From NCBI GenBank assembly GCA_044337515.1, contig JBIINK010000001.1:109840-141839 (forward strand): a stretch of DNA of 32,000 nucleotides, written 5' to 3'. Shown piece after piece: positions 25,701 through 32,000 of the stretch. Source of the stretch: Sphingobacteriales bacterium (lineage in GTDB: Bacteria > Bacteroidota > Bacteroidia > Sphingobacteriales > Sphingobacteriaceae). A program made the translations under genes and the position numbers. The first letter of the stretch is position 1, and each line of letters opens with the position of its first letter. The notes below the pieces were generated by a model. The model was not told the origin of the DNA. It made no database searches and saw only the letters and a program-made list of their open reading frames with translations.

Positions 25701-26686
25701 TTTATACAGAGTTCCACCAATCGGTTCGAGTAGCCCCATTCGTTATCGTACCAGCCTACTACTTTAACCAGTTTACCTACTATGGAAGTCAACTGAGCAT
25801 CGAAGATGCAGGAGTGAGGGTTTTCTTGTATGTCGATGGAGACAATCGGATCTTCAGTATATTCTAAAATTCCTTTCAATTCATTTTCGGAAGAGCGTTT
25901 AAACGCAGCATTAATTTCGTCTACCGTCACTTTTTTATTTAATACGCAAGTGAAATCGGTTAAGGAACCATTGGGTACAGGAACACGAATTCCGGCGCCT
26001 CCGAGTTTCCCTTCTAGGTGAGGGAAAATACTGGTAATTGCTTTTGCTGCACCAGTACTTGTAGGAATCATCGACACTGCTGCTGCACGTGCTCTGCGTA
26101 AATCGCGGTGAGGAGCATCGTGTAAGTTTTGATCGCCAGTATACGAATGCACTGTAGTGATGTAACCATCTTCTATTCCACCTAAATCATCTAATACTTT
26201 TACCATGGGTGCCACATTGTTGGTAGTGCATGATGCATTGGAGATAATGGTATGTTTTTCGTTTAATATAGAATCATTAATACCGAGCACAATGGTTGGT
26301 ATATCTTTACCTTCTGGAGGTGCGGAAAGGATTACTTGTTTCGCCCCAGCTTGTAAGTGTAAATTAGCCTTCTCACGACTTAGAAACTTTCCGGTCGACT
26401 CTATGACTACATCTACCCCTAAACTGCCCCAAGGGAGCGCGCTAGGGTCTTTTTCAGCGAATGTTTTAATCAATTGACCATTGATGAGTAAACCATCCGC
26501 GGTAGCCACTACTGAGCCCTGAAAGCCACGATGAATAGAATCGTATTTAAATAGATGAGCAAGTGTAGCGTTATCGGTAATGTCGTTTATGGCAACAACC
26601 TCTATTGCAGGGTTTAATAGGGCATTTCTAAGAAATACTCTTCCAATTCGTCCGAAGCCGTTAATGGCTACTTTTACTTTGCTCAT
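25688..26686 (-). CDS. gap: Type I glyceraldehyde-3-phosphate dehydrogenase
   Basis: 332-aa ORF with NGFGRIGR, the catalytic SNASCTTN, the WYDNEWGYS C-terminal motif, and typical length. Confidence 0.95.
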   Translation of the reverse strand: MSKVKVAINGFGRIGRVFLRNALLNPAIEVVAINDITDNATLAHLFKYDSIHRGFQGSVVATADGLLINGQLIKTFAEKDPSALPWGSLGVDVVIESTGKFLSREKANLHLQAGAKQVILSAPPEGKDIPTIVLGINDSILNEKHTIISNASCTTNNVAPMVKVLDDLGGIEDGYITTVHSYTGDQNLHDAPHRDLRRARAAAVSMIPTSTGAAKAITSIFPHLEGKLGGAGIRVPVPNGSLTDFTCVLNKKVTVDEINAAFKRSSENELKGILEYTEDPIVSIDIQENPHSCIFDAQLTSIVGKLVKVVGWYDNEWGYSNRLVELCIKIRN

Positions 26687-26823
26687 GGGTATAGAATTAT
26701 GATACTAAATTACAGTTTATTGATAAATGTGTGATTATGTTCAATGCTTTATGTGTTAAACTATTGAAAATGAGTAATTATTATATTCAAATAGAGTTTA
26801 ATGCTACTTTTTTCAAAAAAATA

Positions 26824-26854
26824 TTTGCAATCAATCATTAAAATATTACTTTTG
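26824..26854 (+). promoter_or_regulatory. Candidate Bacteroidota sigma-A promoter for tRNA-Glu (TTTG, 19-nt spacer, TACTTTTG)
   Basis: tttg at 26824-26827 and tacttttg at 26847-26854 are separated by 19 nt. The -7 box ends 38 nt before the tRNA. Both elements sit in a duplicated tttgcaatc word. Confidence 0.45.
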
Positions 26855-26892
26855 CAATCCCAAAGCGGTACCAATTATTAGGGAAACGCAAT

Positions 26893-26964
26893 GGCCCGTT
26901 CGTCTAGGGGTTAGGACAGGAGATTTTCATTCTTCAAACAGGGGTTCGATTCCCCTACGGGCTA
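26893..26964 (+). tRNA. tRNA-Glu (anticodon UUC), CCA not encoded
   Basis: I folded the cloverleaf by hand. The acceptor stem ggcccgt/acgggct has a G1-U72 wobble. The D stem is gtct/ggac. The anticodon stem ggaga/tcttc carries loop tt-TTC-at. The T arm is agggg-ttcgatt-cccct. It is collinear with E. coli tRNA-Glu as I recall it. Length is 72 nt including discriminator A. Confidence 0.9.
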
Positions 26965-26970
26965 CGACCA

Positions 26971-27005
26971 ATGTGCAAATGCGTAAATATGCAAATGTGC
27001 AAATG
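26971..27005. repeat. Octamer array atgNgcaa x4 between the tRNA and its terminator
   Basis: atgtgcaa atgcgtaa atatgcaa atgtgcaa atg. Confidence 0.75.
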
Positions 27006-27034
27006 AAGGCTTCAACATAGTTGAAGCCTTTTTT
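27006..27034 (+). terminator. Rho-independent terminator after tRNA-Glu
   Basis: aaggcttcaac (27006-27016) pairs with gttgaagcctt (20-30 of the 270xx block) around a 3-nt loop, giving an 11-bp perfect stem. A T-run extends to 27034. Confidence 0.85.
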
Positions 27035-27055
27035 GTTTCGCGCAACGAGTATCAA

Positions 27056-27143
27056 ATTGTCGAATTGTCGAATTGTCGAATTGTCGAATTGTCGAAGGGT
27101 AGAAATGTCGAATAGTCGAAGTGTAGAACTGTAGAATTTTCGA
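27056..27143. repeat. Octamer array of 11 phased units (attgtcga x5, decaying to NNNgtaga and attttcga)
   Basis: attgtcga x5, then agggtaga aatgtcga atagtcga agtgtaga actgtaga attttcga, with phase kept throughout. Confidence 0.9.
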
Positions 27144-27466
27144 AAAATCTATCCCAAGAACCCTAAGTATCGAAATCGTGAAGCAATACTATGAAAGATG
27201 AAAAAAGTAGAAAACATCACGATTCAGCGGAGCGAAGCGTAGCTAATATTGGTATTTTAAAGAAGAATAGAAGTGATTTTTTTTTCACTATTGTTAATTT
27301 TATTCTTTTAAATACCAATATTCAAAAAAAGACGAAATGCTACTATTCAAAAAGAAAAGAAGATTTTTATTCTTATAAATACCAATATTCAAAAAAAGAG
27401 TCTTATTGTTCTTTAAAATATGAAAATTCAAAAAGAAGACTTTTATTCTTTTTTCATATTATTGTA

Positions 27467-27513
27467 TCACGATTTCTATACTTCTATAGTTCTAAGATTC
27501 TACAGTTCTACAC
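27467..27513. repeat. Inverted partner of the right end of the 27056-27182 block (tcacgatttctatactt ... ttctaNNg octamers)
   Basis: attctacagttctacac (27497-27513) is the exact reverse complement of gtgtagaactgtagaat (27121-27137). tcacgatttctatactt (27467-27483) matches the reverse complement of aagtatcgaaatcgtga (27166-27182) with one mismatch. Confidence 0.8.
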
Positions 27514-27526
27514 TTTACGCAATAGA

Positions 27527-28060
27527 CTAAAACTTATAGTACAAGGCAAGTTCACCGGTTACATTCAAGCCTTTGAAATTATCATAAGCAGCATATCCTG
27601 CCATGAAATTTAAACCAACTCGTTTAGCAATAATAATTTCTACACCAAAACCTAATCCATTATTAAAGTAAGACTCAGTAACTCGTTGTGTAGTACTAAC
27701 CGTAGGGTTATTAGGATCAAATACATATTGTAAACTAGAATCGTAATAAAAGTGATTCGCTTGGTATAAATAGAAGTTAGTGCTTTTGTTTTCATTCAAC
27801 ATGTATAAAAATGTTGCGCCTAAACTGTATCTCGTGGTTTCACTATTTTTAAAAGGAGCAAAATTAACTTGTGTACCAAAACGTTTTGGAACATATCGGA
27901 ATGATAATCCGTAACCTGTAGCAAAACCTGCACCACCACCAACACCGTACTTGAACTTAGTTAGGGGTTCTTGTTCATTTGTGTTTTGAGCATTTGCTTG
28001 AACACTTACAAATAAAAATAAAATAAAACTGATTATTAGAATTTTGGAGATCGTTTTCAT
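27527..28060 (-). CDS. Small outer-membrane beta-barrel protein (OmpW/OmpA-beta-barrel-like)
   Basis: 177-aa ORF. The signal peptide is MKTISKILIISFILFLFVSVQANA/Q. It has Gly/aromatic-rich beta strands and a C-terminal ...GELALYYKF. Confidence 0.7.
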   Translation of the reverse strand: MKTISKILIISFILFLFVSVQANAQNTNEQEPLTKFKYGVGGGAGFATGYGLSFRYVPKRFGTQVNFAPFKNSETTRYSLGATFLYMLNENKSTNFYLYQANHFYYDSSLQYVFDPNNPTVSTTQRVTESYFNNGLGFGVEIIIAKRVGLNFMAGYAAYDNFKGLNVTGELALYYKF

Positions 28061-28129
28061 AATATTAGAATTAATTGTTAAAATTAATACTAATTCAACT
28101 AATAAACGATAAATATGGTATTGCTGTTC

Positions 28130-28681
28130 TTAGTAGGTCTTTTTGACGATGTCCTTTACAATATTATCTAATTCTAAGGTTAAATCCTGGATAGTTAATA
28201 AGATTGTTTTTTGCTCTTCAGTACCCTCGAATTTTTGAATATCAAAAACCTCTAATAGGCCTAAAATATTTACAATAGGGGCACGTACAATATGAGATTG
28301 TATATAGGCTATTTTCTCTAAGCTTTCTTCAGAAGTGATGTCTTTAAAATATGCAGCTGCATACATTATGCCATCTTCTTCGAAATTATTAGAAGCTGAT
28401 ATTTTTACAGGAACTCTATTTCCATTTTGATGTAAAACATAGGTATTTATTTCTTTGTACCCTTCAGTAGAAGTGAATTCTTTGAATTTAGCTATGATGA
28501 ATTCCAAATCCTCAGGCGGATGTAAAGTAGTTTGATTTTTTCCAATCAACTCTTCGCGAGAATAACCAACCAATAGACAAGCAACATCATTTGCGTATAC
28601 AATCAATCCAGTACTTGATTCTGCGATGAATAATGCATCGGTACTGCTCTTAAGTAATGAGCGTAATAATCCCATATGCAA
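28130..28681 (-). CDS. PAS-domain protein with C-terminal H-box-like helix and no ATPase domain
   Basis: 183-aa ORF. The PAS core reads ALFIAESSTGLIVYANDVACLLVGYSREELIGKNQTTLHPPED...GNRVPVKISA. It is followed by IAYIQSHIVRAPIVNILGLLEVF, which resembles a HisKA dimerisation/phospho-acceptor helix. Confidence 0.65.
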   Translation of the reverse strand: MHMGLLRSLLKSSTDALFIAESSTGLIVYANDVACLLVGYSREELIGKNQTTLHPPEDLEFIIAKFKEFTSTEGYKEINTYVLHQNGNRVPVKISASNNFEEDGIMYAAAYFKDITSEESLEKIAYIQSHIVRAPIVNILGLLEVFDIQKFEGTEEQKTILLTIQDLTLELDNIVKDIVKKTY

Positions 28682-28727
28682 AGGAAGTTAATGTAATTGC
28701 GATTATCATTACTACATTTAGTAGTAT

Positions 28728-28768
28728 TGATAATGAATAGGTAATGAATAGGTAATGAATAGGTAATA
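28728..28768. repeat. 11-bp tandem repeat (aggtaatgaat) x3.7 in a divergent promoter spacer
   Basis: tgataatgaat aggtaatgaat aggtaatgaat aggtaata, located between the PAS gene (-) and the TPR kinase gene (+). Confidence 0.85.
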
Positions 28769-28813
28769 CAGTATATAATTGGCTATTTTCGTATAACTCA
28801 ACAACAACAACGT

Positions 28814-30772
28814 ATGCGTAGGATTATTTTAACCATACTTATTTCAGTGTTTTGCACAGTTACTTATGCGCAAAAGCTTTCTAAAAATAAGTATTTATCA
28901 GATTTGTCAGTATCTAAAGAAGACACGAATCGCATTGCCATATATGAAGGCTTAATCTTACACTATAAATATATTAAGTCAGATTCTGCTAATTTTTATC
29001 TGGCATTAGGTAAATCCCTATCTGAAAAATTAAATCACGTTAAGGGAATAGCCATAATGTTAAAGTGTGAAGGCGAGATAAAGGAAGCTCACTCCGACCT
29101 TTCGGGTGCTCGAAAATCAGAATTAAATGCCTTAGAATTATTTTATCACATCAATTACCAAGAAGGAATTTCAACTACATATGGTGAACTTGGAGTTATA
29201 GAGGCTAAGCTTGGGAATTACAAATTGGCTACAAGTTATTTTTTGCGTTCATTAATGATAAACGAAAAGATAAATAATAAAGCAGGTGTTATTCAAAATA
29301 ATATTTCACTTGGAGTAATTAATATAAAAGTTAGGAATTTCAAGAAAGCTTTTAATTATTTAGACCATGCTATATCTTTAGCTCACGATAGCTCTGCTCA
29401 ATCATTTTTAGATGCATGTAATAACCTTGGGTCACTTTTTGCAATGCAAAATGATTTGAATAAAGCTTTGTATTATTTTGAAATGGCATTAGAGCACTCT
29501 AGCGAAATTCAAAACCCACGTCTTAAAGTAATTATTATTACAAATATCGCAAATGCATATTCTAATTTAAATCAAGCAAATAAAGCTATTCAGTTTTATA
29601 ATGAAGCATTAAGTTTATGTAAGCGGTATCATTTACCTGAAGAAGAAGCCAGAGCTATCTATAATATTGGAGTAATGTATGAATACTCGGATCCTAAGAA
29701 AGCTATTCAACTCTTTGATCAAGCGTTAGAGGTGGCTATAAGGATGCATCTTAAACAATTCTGTGCGGAGATTTATGAATCAATTTATGTGATAAAACGA
29801 GACATGAAAGACTTCCAAGGAGCTTGTTATGCATTTGAACAATTTCATGTTTATAGTGATTCTGTCACAAAAATGAATAATAATGCTGAGATTGAATTAG
29901 TTCAATCCACATTTGAATTAGAAAAATCGAATGCGAAAATAAATGAATTAGAATTAACTGCAGAGAAAAAAAAGTTGCAAGCAGAATTAACTTGGATATT
30001 AATTGTCGGCATTTTAAGTTTTCTATTCGTAATTGGTTATGCATTATACAAAAGAAATAAATACAATATTAAGTTGCTTCGCTCAATACAAGTGAGAGAT
30101 AAATTGCTTTCTATTATTGCACACGATTTACGTTCACCAATTAATAATGTATTGATGATATTATTAGAGTTAGAAAACAATCAATTGAGTGAGGAAGAAA
30201 AAAGTACTTTGTTTGATGCGTTGAAAAAACAAACAGAAATGTCGTTAGTAACTTTAGAAAATATTTTAAGCTGGGGGCAATTTCAGTTGCGTAATGTAAA
30301 TGTAAATCAAGAAGTATTTAATTTAAATGAAGTAATTCAAAATAATATTTCATTAGTAGAGGTAAGTTTAAAAAACAAAGAGATTACTGTCGAAGCTGAT
30401 ATTGATCAAAACATCGAGCTATATACAGATATGAATCAATTTGATTTTGTAGTAAGAAACTTGCTTTCGAATGCTATAAAGTTTTCGAATTATAGATCAA
30501 CTATTTTGATAAAAGCAGAGACAGTAAATAATAACGAAATAAAGCTATCGATAATAGATCATGGTGTTGGGATAAGCGATGAAAACTTGGTTCTATTATT
30601 TGGAGTGAATCAGAAAGTAAATGTTGGAACAGCTAAAGAAAAGGGAAGTGGATTGGGATTGTTACTATGTAAAGAATTTGTAGAGGCAAACCATGGAGAG
30701 ATAGGAGTGAAGTCTAAGTTGAATAATGGCAGCACTTTTTACTTCACCAGTAAAATAGCAGGTAAGCTATAA
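28814..30772 (+). CDS. TPR-repeat sensor histidine kinase
   Basis: 652-aa ORF. It has a signal peptide and ~350 aa of TPR-like repeats. A coiled coil and a TM (LTWILIVGILSFLFVIGYALY) follow. The HisKA H-box is LLSIIAHDLRSPINN. HATPase motifs are NLLSNAIKFS, DHGVGI and GSGLGLLLCKEFVEANHG. Confidence 0.9.
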   Translation: MRRIILTILISVFCTVTYAQKLSKNKYLSDLSVSKEDTNRIAIYEGLILHYKYIKSDSANFYLALGKSLSEKLNHVKGIAIMLKCEGEIKEAHSDLSGARKSELNALELFYHINYQEGISTTYGELGVIEAKLGNYKLATSYFLRSLMINEKINNKAGVIQNNISLGVINIKVRNFKKAFNYLDHAISLAHDSSAQSFLDACNNLGSLFAMQNDLNKALYYFEMALEHSSEIQNPRLKVIIITNIANAYSNLNQANKAIQFYNEALSLCKRYHLPEEEARAIYNIGVMYEYSDPKKAIQLFDQALEVAIRMHLKQFCAEIYESIYVIKRDMKDFQGACYAFEQFHVYSDSVTKMNNNAEIELVQSTFELEKSNAKINELELTAEKKKLQAELTWILIVGILSFLFVIGYALYKRNKYNIKLLRSIQVRDKLLSIIAHDLRSPINNVLMILLELENNQLSEEEKSTLFDALKKQTEMSLVTLENILSWGQFQLRNVNVNQEVFNLNEVIQNNISLVEVSLKNKEITVEADIDQNIELYTDMNQFDFVVRNLLSNAIKFSNYRSTILIKAETVNNNEIKLSIIDHGVGISDENLVLLFGVNQKVNVGTAKEKGSGLGLLLCKEFVEANHGEIGVKSKLNNGSTFYFTSKIAGKL

Positions 30773-30774
30773 AT

Positions 30775-30802
30775 AAAAAAGCCGCTCAAGAGCGGCTTTT
30801 TT
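30775..30802. terminator. Bidirectional rho-independent terminator between the kinase gene and the cold-shock gene
   Basis: gccgct (30781-30786) pairs with agcggc (30791-30796) around the loop caag. A 6-A run lies upstream and a 6-T run downstream. Confidence 0.85.
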
Positions 30803-30823
30803 AGATTTATAGTTAGAATATAA

Positions 30824-31015
30824 TTATCTTACTACTTCAACACGAACTGCGTTCATGCCTTTTTTACCTCTTTCAACTTCGAATGTTACTTCGTCGTTTT
30901 CGCGGATCTCATCAATTAATCCTGAAGTGTGAACGAAGATGTCTTCGCTTGAATCTGATGGTGTAATAAACCCAAAACCTTTTGAGTTATTAAAAAATTT
31001 AACTTTTCCTTGCAT
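30824..31015 (-). CDS. Cold-shock domain protein (CspA family)
   Basis: 63-aa ORF with the RNP-1-like KGFGFI and RNP-2-like FVH motifs (MQGKVKFFNNSKGFGFITP...DIFVHTSG). Confidence 0.95.
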   Translation of the reverse strand: MQGKVKFFNNSKGFGFITPSDSSEDIFVHTSGLIDEIRENDEVTFEVERGKKGMNAVRVEVVR

Positions 31016-31066
31016 TGTATTATTTATAAATATTAAAATTTCACTAGCCTATTTTATGCTAGCTCA

Positions 31067-31074
31067 CAAAAGTA
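31067..31074 (-). promoter_or_regulatory. Candidate -7 box (TACTTTTG) for the cold-shock gene
   Basis: The complement of 31067-31074 reads tacttttg, the same octamer as upstream of tRNA-Glu and dapD. It lies about 52 nt upstream of the ATG, and I saw no clear -33 element. Confidence 0.3.
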
Positions 31075-31386
31075 CCCCTAATTATCTGATAAACCTAATT
31101 AAATTTAGTTAAGTCCCTCTAAAGCAGTTTAAACCAAGTTTCCCGCTCCCAGAATTTGTCAATTTATTGGGAAATGCTGCTTTTGCCTCTAAATCCTTTA
31201 TCCATTTCAGTAGCCATTTTTACCCATTCAGCATATTACCCCAATTATATGACAAAAATCATATTTGTTAATGAGGTATATCATAAACAAGCTGTTTTCT
31301 TCATCTTAATTTTGAATATGCAAAACGAGGTATAGGCGATACTTCAAAAGAAATTACAAATCACAAAATTTTTAAACTATAATAAT

Positions 31387-32000
31387 TATGAAAACGAAGT
31401 CAATTAAAACACTCCTAATCGCATCAGTTGCTGTTATTGGGTTGGCAATTACATTTATGAGTAGTTGCAAAAAAGAAAACACATTTGAACTATTAACTGT
31501 AAGTGGTAACACAGGTACAGATGTTATCGATGCAAGAATTGGTGGTATTGCTGTTCCTCCATCTTATACTACACCTGGTGCATGGAAAGTAGATAAATCA
31601 CACAGTAATGTAATGTGGGAAACAAAATACTACGCAAATGGTGCATTACTAACTGGTCGTTTCAATATTTTCGAAATGAAAGTTAATTTTGATCAAGCAA
31701 ATCCAGCAAATTCTAGTATTAAAGCTTGGGTTCAATTATCAACTTATAATACAGGTGAACCAGGTCGTGATGCATACGGTAAATGCGGTCCAGGTTATAT
31801 GGGTGTTGCTTTTGATACATTAAGTAAAAACCCTACAGTATTAGGTCCACGTGCAAGTACAGATACTGCTTGGTTTACAAGCACATCAATTAAAAAATAC
31901 GGTAATGGTTATTTAGTAACTGGTGATTTCAAATTCAGAGGTGTAACTAGATCAATTGATATGCCAATGAGTTACACAGGTATTTCAACTTCTACTAATG
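31387..32000 (+). CDS. YceI-like lipoprotein (5' part; runs off the window)
   Basis: Not in the ORF track because there is no stop in the window. My hand translation from the ATG at 31387 is open to 32000: MKTKSIKTLLIASVAVIGLAITFMSSC/KKEN (lipobox), then WKVDKSHSNVMWETKYYANGALLTGRFNIFEMKVNFD...STYNTGEPGRDA, which resembles the YceI domain. Confidence 0.6.

Noticed and set aside
24834-26477. ORFs 24834-25325(-), 25830-26021(+) and 26205-26477(+)
   Set aside because: They are antisense shadows of pgk and gap, two of the most confidently identified genes in the window.
27191-27613. 140-aa ORF (MKDEKSRKHHDSAERS...KKTKCYYSKRKEDFY...)
   Set aside because: It is Lys/Phe/Tyr-rich low-complexity sequence produced by the AT-rich repeat region. 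It overlaps the 3' end of the OMP gene on the opposite strand. The region is better explained as a non-coding repeat or structured element.
31016-31386. Long spacer upstream of the cold-shock gene as a possible thermosensing 5' UTR
   Set aside because: The candidate -7 box at 31067-31074 would give only a ~45-nt leader. I saw no convincing conserved structure, and the rest of the spacer probably holds the YceI-like gene promoter.

Overview
AT-rich, gene-dense window that looks like a Bacteroidota (Flavobacteriia/Cytophagia-type) chromosome. Support: candidate TAnnTTTG -7 boxes, no obvious Shine-Dalgarno sites, DUF3467 and four-helix-bundle genes, TPR sensor kinases, and a CzcA-type pump fused to its outer-membrane factor. 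Housekeeping genes recognised by eye are cca, miaA, dapD, pgk, gap, tRNA-Glu(UUC), a cold-shock protein, a GT4 glycosyltransferase, an MFS transporter and an S4/Hsp15-like protein. Three things stand out. (1) A five-gene, translationally coupled operon (19224-24186) encodes a protein with a FliF-C-terminal-like periplasmic segment, one TM helix and a full-length FliG-like cytoplasmic part. It is followed by an outer-membrane beta-barrel protein, a TPR lipoprotein, a MotA-type channel and a MotB-type/OmpA-domain protein. No other flagellar gene is in the window. I read this as an orphan rotor-stator-like envelope machine and the best candidate for an undescribed system. A LuxR-type two-component module with a split multi-TM sensor lies directly upstream. 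(2) Many intergenic spacers, though not all, carry short tandem arrays of a 7-, 8- or 11-bp word. The word differs between spacers. Arrays often occur as inverted pairs that bracket a terminator or a whole gene, and some supply the last codons and stop codons of flanking genes. (3) There are several smaller oddities. These are a four-helix-bundle (23S IVS-type) gene with an in-frame TAG at a conserved Trp, and a 1450-aa RND pump-OMF fusion with an internal in-frame GTG plus signal peptide. There is also a roughly 490-bp non-coding, MITE-like or structured region between tRNA-Glu and an OMP gene. All family assignments come from motif recognition by eye. No database search was run.
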